Of a stretch of DNA of 32,000 nucleotides, positions 7,850-16,459 are shown piece after piece. The notes under the pieces were generated by a model that searched no databases, was not told the origin of the DNA, and saw nothing but the letters and a program-made list of their open reading frames with translations. Source of the stretch: Desulfocapsa sulfexigens DSM 10523 (GTDB lineage: Bacteria; Desulfobacterota; Desulfobulbia; Desulfobulbales; Desulfocapsaceae). Numbering within the stretch: position 1 is the stretch's first letter; each line of letters opens with the position of its first letter. A program made the translations under genes and the position numbers. The stretch lies in assembly GCF_000341395.1 (NCBI RefSeq), contig NC_020304.1, positions 1,050,001 to 1,082,000 of the forward strand. Reading direction: 5' to 3'.

Positions 7850-9059
7850 CTGCTGATTTCCTTCCCCAGGCCATATAGACCGGGTCACTGTGTGATATTT
7901 CCCAATGCGGGTCATCTTCTGGTCTTGGCAGGCCGCGTCTGCTTGAGGCAGAAAGATCCTGAAAGCCTCCAGTCCGATGGAACATCTCCAAAACCATGCC
8001 CAGTCGCTCAAATTCATGCAGTTGCCCCCAGATGCTGACTGCCTTTGAGGGAAACCAGCGATTGGAAAAGGCAATAGCCAGCACACCACCAGGAACCAGG
8101 ACACGCTGCAGTTCCTTAAAAACAGCCAGTGGGTCGATAAGATACTCCACCGAAGCCGTACAGATAATAGCATCAAAACTGTTCTCGTCAAAGGGTAGAG
8201 CCGAATTCTTGTTAAGATCTCTCACCATCCTCTCACCTGCCCTTGAGTTTGCTGCCAGTTCCTCCTTATTCATTCCAAGGACAGTCAGCTGCCGGACTGC
8301 AAGCTCATCGGGGAGATGGGAATCCCAGCTTCCCATAAGATCCAGGATCCTTGATTCCGGGGCAAGAATATGACCATATTCCGTACCTATGTGGTTGCGT
8401 GCCGTTGAGTCGAGATGCTGAACCATCCGGGGCTCCTGATAAAAATCACCGTCAGCTGACTCGTCGCCGCGTTCCAGGGATTTTGGAGAGAAAAATGCTG
8501 TCTCCTGTCCCTTATACCTGCTCTGCATTCCCGGCCCGTCTGCTGCAGCTCTTTCCAGCCAGTCTTCGCAGCGACCGCCCCGTTCTGTTTTGCTTGTATC
8601 TATCTGAATCACCTCTGCATGTACCGTCAGATCATGTCCGGCCAGAGGATGATTCAAATCAAAAAGGAACTTCCCCTCCTCCATTCCGACATAACGGGCA
8701 GGGGCAATGGAAACCTGAAACACACCACTTTGGCCATGGAGATACCCCTGGGGGTAAAATTGCCCCATCCTCGGCTCCAGGGGTTTATGTGCTTTATTGG
8801 GAGCTGCAAACTGTCGGGGGGTAACCCTTACAAGCTTGTTTTTCTGATAAGGTAAAAGGGAAACACTGGCCGGCACGGTCACTGACACCCTCTCCCCTTC
8901 TTTTTTACCAGTAAGCGCTGCGGCCAGCTCGGGTTCAAACCAGTCACGCCACATGCTCACTGGATCAGCCCACAGACTGTCGCGGAACTGCACCCCTCCT
9001 GCAGACCACTCAAGAGTAAATTCAACTATCGCCTTACTGTCTTTTTCCAGGGTTTTCAT
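7839..9059 (-). CDS. SlyD/FKBP-like domain fused to class I SAM-dependent methyltransferase
   Basis: N-terminal part contains FDLNHPLAGHDLTVHAEVIQI (FKBP/SlyD signature). C-terminal part ILDLMGSWDSHLP...FDAIICTASVEYLIDPLAVFKELQRVLVPGGVLAIAFSNRWF is Methyltransf_11-like. Confidence 0.8.
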   Translation of the reverse strand: MKTLEKDSKAIVEFTLEWSAGGVQFRDSLWADPVSMWRDWFEPELAAALTGKKEGERVSVTVPASVSLLPYQKNKLVRVTPRQFAAPNKAHKPLEPRMGQFYPQGYLHGQSGVFQVSIAPARYVGMEEGKFLFDLNHPLAGHDLTVHAEVIQIDTSKTERGGRCEDWLERAAADGPGMQSRYKGQETAFFSPKSLERGDESADGDFYQEPRMVQHLDSTARNHIGTEYGHILAPESRILDLMGSWDSHLPDELAVRQLTVLGMNKEELAANSRAGERMVRDLNKNSALPFDENSFDAIICTASVEYLIDPLAVFKELQRVLVPGGVLAIAFSNRWFPSKAVSIWGQLHEFERLGMVLEMFHRTGGFQDLSASSRRGLPRPEDDPHWEISHSDPVYMAWGRKSADGK

Positions 9060-9178
9060 CGTATTCCCCCTCTCTGTGTTTGTTCAGTTTCTGTTGATCT
9101 TTCCCAGAGATCTTCCTCTTACAACCCTCTTTCTCAAGGGCAACATGAACAGAACATAGACACAATCCCGGAGGAGTC

Positions 9179-9233
9179 AATACAAAAGTTAGACAAAACA
9201 TTGACAATACTCCGTGAGTCCCTACTTTTGTAT
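9179..9233. promoter_or_regulatory. divergent promoter region with putative CarH/LitR-type operator
   Basis: ACA half-sites at 9182, 9193 and 9204 (exact 11-bp phase). The last is within TTGACA (9201-9206), a candidate -35 for the + strand. Minus-strand candidate promoter TTGTCA-N17-TGTATT (9207..9179). Inverted arms ATACAAAAGT (9180-9189) / ACTTTTGTAT (9224-9233). Confidence 0.6.
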
Positions 9234-9276
9234 CAGGAAAAGCTAAAAAACAACACCTACCCTCGGGAGAAATACC

Positions 9277-10173
9277 ATGAAAACACTGATCACAGGCGCA
9301 ACCGGTTTTGTCGGCCACCATCTGGCACAGAAGATACCCGAGGCCGTTGTTGCAGGCCGAAGCGTTGAGAAACTCAACAAACGGTTTGGGAAAAAGCGAG
9401 AAGCAAGGCAATGGGATGGATCAGCAATGCCAGATGCTACTCTGCTTGAAGGGATAGACACCGTCTATCATTTAGCGGGGGAATCAATCTTTCATGGCCG
9501 TTGGAATAAAGCAAAAAAAGAACGCATCCGTGCCAGTCGCGTTGACAATACCCGCAATCTGGTTGAAATGATCTCAAAGGCCGCAGACAGACCGAAAACC
9601 CTTATATGTTCCTCAGCTGTCGGCTATTATGGTTCTCGCGGAGATGAAAAACTGACCGAGCAAGCAACTCCTGGATCGGATTTTCTGGCTCGGGTATGCA
9701 TGGACTGGGAGAAAGAAGCACTGAAGGCGGAAGAGTATGGTGTGCGGGTGGTACTGATCCGTACGGGTGTTGTACTGGGGGCCGATGGCGGAGCTTTGGC
9801 ACAAATGCTCCAGCCTTTTAAAATGGGAGTGGGAGGACGCCTGGGCAGTGGACGCCAGTTTATGTCCTGGATCCATATTGACGATCTCATCGCTATTATG
9901 CTCTATGCAAAGGAAAACACATCTCTTCACGGAGCAATAAATGCGGTGGCGCCTAACCCTCTAAGCAACAGCGATTTTACCCGGGCTCTGGCAAGTGTTC
10001 TCCATCGTCCTGCCATTCTTCCCGCACCAGGGTTTGCCCTGAAACTTCTTTTGGGTGAATTTGCCAACGTGTTACTGGGTTCCCAGCGTGCCCTGCCGGA
10101 GGTCCTGCAACGGGCAGGATATACATACAACTATCCTGAAATCAAGACTGCCTTGAAGAACCTTCTACAGTAA
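9277..10173 (+). CDS. TIGR01777-family SDR/NAD-dependent epimerase
   Basis: MKTLITGATGFVGHHLAQKIPEAVVAG...LICSSAVGYYGSRGDEKLTE...LPAPGFALKLLLGEFA.VLLGSQRALPEVLQRAGYTYNYPEIKTAL. Confidence 0.92.
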   Translation: MKTLITGATGFVGHHLAQKIPEAVVAGRSVEKLNKRFGKKREARQWDGSAMPDATLLEGIDTVYHLAGESIFHGRWNKAKKERIRASRVDNTRNLVEMISKAADRPKTLICSSAVGYYGSRGDEKLTEQATPGSDFLARVCMDWEKEALKAEEYGVRVVLIRTGVVLGADGGALAQMLQPFKMGVGGRLGSGRQFMSWIHIDDLIAIMLYAKENTSLHGAINAVAPNPLSNSDFTRALASVLHRPAILPAPGFALKLLLGEFANVLLGSQRALPEVLQRAGYTYNYPEIKTALKNLLQ

Positions 10174-10210
10174 GTAGGGGAAGGTACTCTTGTTGCTTCT
10201 TCTTACCTTA

Positions 10211-11224
10211 CTACCACGACCAGTTCCCACTATTAATCCCCATGTAGACAACGGGAATGGTTAAGAGGAAACGACAGACAGTGATATACTTTTGTTTTGA
10301 GGCGAGCCTGTCAATAAATTCAAGCCCTGGAAGCCAGATCACTCCAAGCAGAAAATCAGCCGGAGCATCAGGGGCTTTGCCTAAAAAGAGGAAGGGAGAG
10401 ACAAACACAAACAGTATTGCCAGGCCACCAAGCACTGTTTTTATGAGAAAAAAGAGATAAAAAGTCTCTTCATCTCGGCTGAAATGCCCTGGTCTTGCCA
10501 GGGGGATTATCTGCATAAAAAAATATAACAGATCCCCTGTCCGGGTTCTTCTGTATATTGGTCCCAAAAACAGATGATTTTCCACCTGTCTGACAATCCG
10601 TGGTGACCCTTGAGCATCTGCCAGTAATTCCTTGACCCAGCTATTTGCAGGTTTTGTTTTTTTATTCTGTGTAGATCCGCTATCTCCACTCTCCTTTACA
10701 CCTTGTTCTTCCTGTACAGGAGCAAACTCACCCATGCCTGCATACCGTTCCAAAGCGCGCACGCCCAGAAAAAAACCACAGGCAAGAAGACCCAGCAGTC
10801 CAAAAATGATGAGTGTTATTCCACCCCTTGTCCTTCCCGGTTCAAGGCAGGATTCTCCAGGGTTTTCCGGATTAAAATATACCGTAACCTCCTTACCCAC
10901 GGTATACTTGGCAGAAACCTTTTCCGCCATACTTCTATAATTTTTAGAACCATCGCCGGAATACGTTACACTGCTATTTGTCACCATCCCCATGGGAGTT
11001 TTATATTCATAGCGTATCCCGGGATTGTAGTAGGTGTGCTCCCCACCCCTTGGCGAACTGGAGGTGTGCTTCGTTACAGTATTTGCAAGTATTATCCCAG
11101 GAACAGAAACCCACTGTGTAGACAGTTTGGAGTTTCTATCCATGACATATCCACCATAGATAAAACCGAGCGCGATGCATACAAAGATCCCGACCTTAAC
11201 TGTGAACTTCCAGTTCAAATTCAT
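10211..11224 (-). CDS. DUF3592 domain-containing membrane protein
   Basis: ORF 10211..11245 with likely internal start MNLNWKFTV. Beta-rich region (VPGIILANTVTKHTSSS...YNPGIRYEYKTPMG...VTVYFNPENPGESCLEPG) flanked by TM segments. Confidence 0.75.
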   Translation of the reverse strand: MNLNWKFTVKVGIFVCIALGFIYGGYVMDRNSKLSTQWVSVPGIILANTVTKHTSSSPRGGEHTYYNPGIRYEYKTPMGMVTNSSVTYSGDGSKNYRSMAEKVSAKYTVGKEVTVYFNPENPGESCLEPGRTRGGITLIIFGLLGLLACGFFLGVRALERYAGMGEFAPVQEEQGVKESGDSGSTQNKKTKPANSWVKELLADAQGSPRIVRQVENHLFLGPIYRRTRTGDLLYFFMQIIPLARPGHFSRDEETFYLFFLIKTVLGGLAILFVFVSPFLFLGKAPDAPADFLLGVIWLPGLEFIDRLASKQKYITVCRFLLTIPVVYMGINSGNWSW

Positions 11225-11258
11225 AAATACACTCCGGACCTGCACAACACCGCTGGTT

Positions 11259-12950
11259 TTACAACTCTATTTCAACTAAATTTCCCGCTTGCAAATCAAA
11301 GGAATCCACCAGGGTGATGGTGGATGAACCGTGCTCCTGCTGTCGATAATTTATTTTGTAGGCCCCTGGGGCTAGTGCTATGGGACCAAAATTTCCTTTA
11401 AGGTAACTCCCATTGAGTCGAACAGCTTCTCCTTCTTTTCCTGCTCCATCAAGGGGTATAAATTCCACAAAATATGGTGGATCTATCCCCTCCGGCAAAA
11501 CAAAGGCCGCGCCGGTATTCATCGCAAATTCATTCATTTTTCCGGCTGTAATCTCAACCTCACCAAGAAAGGAATCTGTGGAACCGTGCTCCGAAAGGCG
11601 GTAAACAAGATGATACCTCCCTGCTGGAACCAGCTGTGGAGAAAACAGTTCACCAAACCTGGCCACCATCTTTCCCTTACCATCCGGGCTGATTTCCCTT
11701 AGATCCCAATATGATATTTTTTTCTGCATCCAATCGGCAGGCACCGGGTTGAATGCGGTAGCCACTTCTATGATATTCAAGGTGTCCGGCTCGATATTTA
11801 CAGGCGAGAGAATGGCATCCTCCGCATAATGCTGGCTCTGACGCCAGATAAGAGTGTATTCTCCTGCCGGCACAAGACAGGGGTCCAATCTATTGCTCTG
11901 GAAGACCTGTTCACCTGTTTCAGGGTCAAGAAGTTTCCAGTAATAGGGCTTTTTTACCCATGAAGGCACGTTGAGTTGCATTGAGGTTGTCAGTGGAACG
12001 ATACTTTCCTCTCCACTTTTCACAGTGACCACTTCCGCAAGCACCACCGAAGAGCTTCCATGCTCATGCTGCCTCCAGGCTATCTGATATTCACCTGCAG
12101 GTACGACAGTTGTATCAATCGAATTAAACTTCCCTCTGCTCTCACCCGTCTCAGGATCAACAAGTTCCCAGTAATAAGGTTTTTTCAGCCACGATGGAGT
12201 AGTAAAAGATACCCTGCCCGGCCTGTTGATTTTGATCCGAAGGGATGTTGAAGAGCTGGTTACCTGCTGTTTGATTTCTTTTACTTCAGGGGGTGGTTCC
12301 GGGATCGGAGCCGGAGTTTTCGTTACAACACTTTTCTGAACCGTGGAAAGTGTTTCGAGTAACTCTGCTGCATTGGTGACGGAAAAATAATGACCACCAC
12401 CCTCCATTGCCACACAGGCGAGCTGATCGGAGGCCTGTTGGCCAACGTCAAAACCAACCGTATGCATGACAAATTTAATTCCTGATTCTTTCAGCTCTCT
12501 TGTGACCTTACAGGGGTTCCCGCCACAGGTCTCTATACCGTCACTGACCAGCACAATTGTTGTTTCATCCTCCTGCACTTTCAACCGGGCAGCAACCCGT
12601 TGAATGCTTTCAGCTATGGGAGTCTTTCCCTTGGGTTTTATGGATTGAACAGCTCTGGTCGCCTGTTCCCTGTCAAGCTTGCCAAGTGGAATAAGTTCTG
12701 CGATATCTGAACAGTCCCCCTTTCTTCGGTGGCCGTAGACCGTAAGCCCTGAGTCTATCTCAGGGGGCATTTCAGCAATAAGCTGTGTCATCACCTTTTT
12801 GGCAGCGACAATCTTCATTTCACCATCCACCCGGCCCCACATTGAACCTGAGCCATCGAGAATGTAATATAACCCCGTCGCTTCGACTAGAGTATGAATG
12901 GAACAGAACAGAAACAGAAAAAACAGCAGGAACAATCTTTTTCGGCGCAT
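11259..12950 (-). CDS. secreted/exported von Willebrand factor A domain protein with tandem C-terminal beta repeats
   Basis: Signal peptide-like start; MIDAS-type YYILDGSGSMWG...VSDGIETCGGNP; four repeats around LVPAGEYxxxWRQxEHGSS. Confidence 0.88.
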   Translation of the reverse strand: MRRKRLFLLFFLFLFCSIHTLVEATGLYYILDGSGSMWGRVDGEMKIVAAKKVMTQLIAEMPPEIDSGLTVYGHRRKGDCSDIAELIPLGKLDREQATRAVQSIKPKGKTPIAESIQRVAARLKVQEDETTIVLVSDGIETCGGNPCKVTRELKESGIKFVMHTVGFDVGQQASDQLACVAMEGGGHYFSVTNAAELLETLSTVQKSVVTKTPAPIPEPPPEVKEIKQQVTSSSTSLRIKINRPGRVSFTTPSWLKKPYYWELVDPETGESRGKFNSIDTTVVPAGEYQIAWRQHEHGSSSVVLAEVVTVKSGEESIVPLTTSMQLNVPSWVKKPYYWKLLDPETGEQVFQSNRLDPCLVPAGEYTLIWRQSQHYAEDAILSPVNIEPDTLNIIEVATAFNPVPADWMQKKISYWDLREISPDGKGKMVARFGELFSPQLVPAGRYHLVYRLSEHGSTDSFLGEVEITAGKMNEFAMNTGAAFVLPEGIDPPYFVEFIPLDGAGKEGEAVRLNGSYLKGNFGPIALAPGAYKINYRQQEHGSSTITLVDSFDLQAGNLVEIEL

Positions 12951-13228
12951 TGATAGGGCTCCTTAAAGAGTATTTAAAAAAACCGGGAAGATAAAAAGGA
13001 CTGAGAGAAGTGTATCAAAAAGACAAAAAAGATGTCAAATTTCTTTTAAAAAAAAGAAGTTATACAAGAAACAGACAAAGGAGAGTTCACTGTAAAGCGG
13101 AACTAAAGGCTACGGGTGCTACTTAGAAAGCCGAGCTACAGGGAGGAAGAAGTAGCCCGGCTTTAGTATCATCCGGGTGATGATTATAAGAAATGTATTT
13201 CATAAAACGTTCGTGGCTTTATAAAATA

Positions 13229-13402
13229 TCAGGATTGGGGAACAACACCACCCATTCCTACACACTCGATGCAGTACTCTTCCATCGTTTCAGGACTGTG
13301 ACAATCCTCACAAAAATTCTTATTGCACCCGATACAGACAGTGAGTTTATCCTTATCTGTTACTTTTCCACATACTTCACATTTCGCTGTTTCTTTACTC
13401 AT
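13229..13402 (-). CDS. small Cys-rich (zinc-ribbon/cross-brace-like) protein, 57 aa, absent from the supplied ORF track
   Basis: Manual minus-strand translation: MSKETAKCEVCGKVTDKDKLTVCIGCNKNFCEDCHSPETMEEYCIECVGMGGVVPQS*. RBS-like aagaggtaataa upstream; four CxxC pairs. Confidence 0.7.
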   Translation of the reverse strand: MSKETAKCEVCGKVTDKDKLTVCIGCNKNFCEDCHSPETMEEYCIECVGMGGVVPQS

Positions 13403-13681
13403 TTATTACCTCTTGGTTTTAAATTGGCCATTAGCGACACGCTTTCGTTATAAATGCTCATTACAAAATATCAATATTTCAACTCCCTCACACTGGAAGT
13501 ATATTGATAATCAATACTATATACTGAATATGAGAATTCGCAAATGGAAAAATGTGTACTGGTCTCGTTTATTTCATTGATGCAACAGAACAGCACACAC
13601 GCGACCAGGCCATTCAACTGTCTATTCAACACATTACACTAGAAACAACTGTAATACATCAGGCCCGGCAGCACGAACATT

Positions 13682-15259
13682 TCAGTCAAGCAAATAATAG
13701 CCCCTGGCAAGTTCTGTAAATTCTCTCACCTGCAGTTCCTGCCACTCCTTATCCCTTCCCAGCTCCTTTGCCAGGATCTTTGCCACTGCAGGAGCCATTT
13801 CGATGGCAGCCCTGGCGTCAAGGAACAACGCTCTCTGCCTTCGGGCAAGTATATCTTCAACCGTTCGAGCCATTTCATAGCGTGCCGACCAGATGACCTC
13901 AATGGGAGTATAGGGCAGTCCAGGGTGCAGCTGTTCACCCAGTTCGGGATGATCCATGACAAGGTCACGCATATAATCGGCATCTGAACCATAATAGTAG
14001 AGAGGATCATGATAGTCCACATTTGCCAGCCATCCGTGGATAGGCATATCCTCCGTCCTACATTTCTGCTGTTTCAACCCACCCACCAATGCCGCCTTAT
14101 CCACTGTATCCTCAGCCATTTTACGATAGGTGGTCCACTTGCCTCCTGTTATGGTAACCAGTCCAGACAGGGATACCCGCAAATGATGACTGCGGGATAT
14201 CTCCTTGGTACTACTGCCGTCACTGCCCTCTTCGGGAGCGGCAAGAGGCCTGAGACCTGCAAAGATGGAAAGAATATCCTTACGCTGCGGTTCACGGGTC
14301 AGATATTTCTTTGCCGTGGAAAGGATGAATTCAATTTCTTCTTCCAATGCACGAGGTTCCAGTGAACACTCATCGAGTGGGGTATCGGTGGTACCAACCA
14401 CAACCCGATCATGCCACGGCACGGCAAAAAGTACACGCCCATCGGATGTCTTGGGTATCATGATGGCGGATTCACCCTTCAGAAACTGTTTATCCAGAAT
14501 GATATGTACCCCCTGACTGGGTCTTACAAGTGGCAGCGCATCCGGATCATCCATCTTCATGATCTCATCAACAAAAACCCCCGTGGCATTCACCACGCTT
14601 TTTGAAAGCAGGCTATAGGTCTCACCACTTTCCAGATCCACGGCCTCAACTCCTGAAATAATTCCGTCACCACTTTTCGTGAGCCCGGATACACGCATAT
14701 AATTCAGCAGTACTCCACCGTGCTCAGCACAGGTCTGAGCAATATTGATCGCCAGGCGGGAATCATCAAACTGGCCATCATAATAGATAACACCGCCTCG
14801 AAGCCCTTCGGTTTTAAGGTTGGGAATAGCACGCAGCACCTCATCGGAAGAGAGTGACTGAGATGGGCCGAGACCTAATTTCCCGGCCATCATATCGTAG
14901 ACCTTCATCCCAACCGTATAAAAAGGCCCATCCCACCAGTCGTAATTGGGAATAATAAAAGATTGGTTCTTCACCAGATGAGGAGCATTGTGACGCATAA
15001 GTCCCCGTTCGTGAAGGGCTTCAAGGACCAGAGAGACATCGCCCTGGGCAAGATAACGGACACCTCCGTGAACCAGCTTGGTGGAACGGCTTGAGGTCCC
15101 TTTGCTAAAGTCATCCTGTTCCAGAAGGAGTGTGTGGTAACCACGTGATGCTGCATCAAGGGCCGTTCCCAGACCGGTAGCACCTCCGCCGATAACAATA
15201 ATATCCCAGGGTTTGCTGCCCTGTTTCCTGATATTCACAAGCATGCGTTCGCGCTTCAT
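13682..15259 (-). CDS. glpD: FAD-dependent glycerol-3-phosphate dehydrogenase
   Basis: WDIIVIGGGATGLGTALDAASRGYHTLLLEQDDFSKGTSSRSTKLVHGGVRYLAQGDVSLV.EAL.ERG and C-terminal domain VEDILARRQRALFLDARAA. Confidence 0.93.
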   Translation of the reverse strand: MKRERMLVNIRKQGSKPWDIIVIGGGATGLGTALDAASRGYHTLLLEQDDFSKGTSSRSTKLVHGGVRYLAQGDVSLVLEALHERGLMRHNAPHLVKNQSFIIPNYDWWDGPFYTVGMKVYDMMAGKLGLGPSQSLSSDEVLRAIPNLKTEGLRGGVIYYDGQFDDSRLAINIAQTCAEHGGVLLNYMRVSGLTKSGDGIISGVEAVDLESGETYSLLSKSVVNATGVFVDEIMKMDDPDALPLVRPSQGVHIILDKQFLKGESAIMIPKTSDGRVLFAVPWHDRVVVGTTDTPLDECSLEPRALEEEIEFILSTAKKYLTREPQRKDILSIFAGLRPLAAPEEGSDGSSTKEISRSHHLRVSLSGLVTITGGKWTTYRKMAEDTVDKAALVGGLKQQKCRTEDMPIHGWLANVDYHDPLYYYGSDADYMRDLVMDHPELGEQLHPGLPYTPIEVIWSARYEMARTVEDILARRQRALFLDARAAIEMAPAVAKILAKELGRDKEWQELQVREFTELARGYYLLD

Positions 15260-15403
15260 GAAGTTCTCCCTTCAGTGAAGAAGTAAAGTGGTTGTAACAG
15301 ATCTCCCAAAAGATCTACCAAAAAAGCGGAATGAAAGTCGACCCAATCCGCCCCCTTCTTTAATCGGTACACCAGTTGACCTTTTTACTTGCAAGTGCTA
15401 TTT

Positions 15404-15428
15404 TAACACAAACTCAAAAAAGGTGTTA
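15404..15428. promoter_or_regulatory. inverted repeat immediately upstream of nikR, candidate operator
   Basis: TAACAC-N13-GTGTTA; left arm also part of GTGCTATTTTAACAC. Confidence 0.4.
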
Positions 15429-15431
15429 CAA

Positions 15432-15842
15432 ATGCTCAAACGTTTTACTGTTTCAATGGAAGACAACCTTCTTGATGATTTTGACAGTTTTATTCAGGAT
15501 CATCATTACCAGAACCGTTCAGAAGCCCTCCGTGATCTTATCCGTGGCCGCATCATAGAGAAAGAGTGGCAGGCGGACAAAGATGTGATGGGTGTAATTT
15601 CACTGGTCTACGATCATCATCAGCATAAATTGCAGGAAAAAGTGACTGAGCTGCAGCATGGCTTTCATCACCAGATCGTCTCCACCACCCATGTCCATAT
15701 GGACCACAACAACTGTCTCGAAGTAATTATTGTTCGGGGTAAGGCGGGTGTTGTCCGAGAGCTCGCCGACAACCTAAGGGCCCTGCGCGGTGTGCGAAAC
15801 AGTAATTTATCCATGAGCTCCACGGGCATCGAGCTCCACTGA
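15432..15842 (+). CDS. nikR: nickel-responsive regulator NikR
   Basis: MLKRFTVSMEDNLLDDFDSFI (RHH domain) ... ISLVYDHHQHKL...HHQIVSTTHVHMDHNNCLEVIIVRG (NikR metal-binding His/Cys). ORF track start at 15288 is probably too long. Confidence 0.95.
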   Translation: MLKRFTVSMEDNLLDDFDSFIQDHHYQNRSEALRDLIRGRIIEKEWQADKDVMGVISLVYDHHQHKLQEKVTELQHGFHHQIVSTTHVHMDHNNCLEVIIVRGKAGVVRELADNLRALRGVRNSNLSMSSTGIELH

Positions 15843-15848
15843 TCAGTT

Positions 15849-16448
15849 ATGCATATTTCTGAAGGTGTCCTGAGTGCACCGGTTCTGGCAGGTGGTGCCG
15901 TTCTCACCGCGGTGGGCACGGCCATTGGTCTGAAAAAGCTGGATTATGATCGTATCATGACCGTATCGCTGCTCTCAGCCACATTTTTTGTGGCCTCTCT
16001 GATCCATGTTCCGCTGGGACCGGGCTCTGTCCACCTCCTCCTTGGCGGTCTCCTTGGACTCATCCTTGGCTGGGGCGCATTTCCGGCAATTGTCGTGGCC
16101 CTGGCCCTGCAGACACTTTTTTTCCAGTATGGCGGCATAATCGTCCTCGGTGTCAACGGATGTGTCATTGCCGGCCCTGCAGTTCTCTGTGGCACCCTTC
16201 TCAAACCCTTTCTTTCAGGCACTAAAAAGCAGCAGTTACTTACAGGGTTTCTGGCTGGATTCTGTGCCATGTTTCTTTCAGCCCTCCTTATGGCGGCTGC
16301 CCTCTTCCTCTCCGATCACGGATTTATGAAAGTTGCAGGTCTTGTGCTGATCAGCCACCTCCCTGTTATGCTGATTGAAGGACTGATCACCATGTTTGTT
16401 GTCAGCTTTCTTATCAGGGTTCAACCAGAAATCTTCTCTCTTAACTGA
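15849..16448 (+). CDS. cbiM: CbiM/NikM ECF transporter S component
   Basis: MHISEGVLSAPVLAGGAVLTAVGTAIGLKKLD; N-terminal MHI motif typical of CbiM/NikM. Confidence 0.93.
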   Translation: MHISEGVLSAPVLAGGAVLTAVGTAIGLKKLDYDRIMTVSLLSATFFVASLIHVPLGPGSVHLLLGGLLGLILGWGAFPAIVVALALQTLFFQYGGIIVLGVNGCVIAGPAVLCGTLLKPFLSGTKKQQLLTGFLAGFCAMFLSALLMAAALFLSDHGFMKVAGLVLISHLPVMLIEGLITMFVVSFLIRVQPEIFSLN

Positions 16449-16459
16449 CCCAGAATACT

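Noticed and set aside
7850-8191. N-terminal extension of the MerR-B12 ORF up to 8191
   Set aside because: The extension overlaps the methyltransferase coding region, lacks domain similarity, and a good start (MANNKTFYKIG) exists at 7849 directly before the HTH.
7996-8855. Several + strand ORFs of 78-157 aa antisense to the methyltransferase
   Set aside because: Shadow ORFs of a GC-biased coding region; no domain similarity or RBS.
13193-13580. Overlapping + strand ORFs (13193..13453, 13323..13580)
   Set aside because: They run antisense to the more convincing four-CxxC minus-strand gene and are rich in random-looking Tyr/Phe/Ser.
15288-15431. N-terminal extension of NikR in ORF 15288..15842
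   Set aside because: Extension is low-complexity and Pro/Asn-rich, and covers the likely promoter and operator. NikR homologs start at the RHH domain (MLKRFTVSM).
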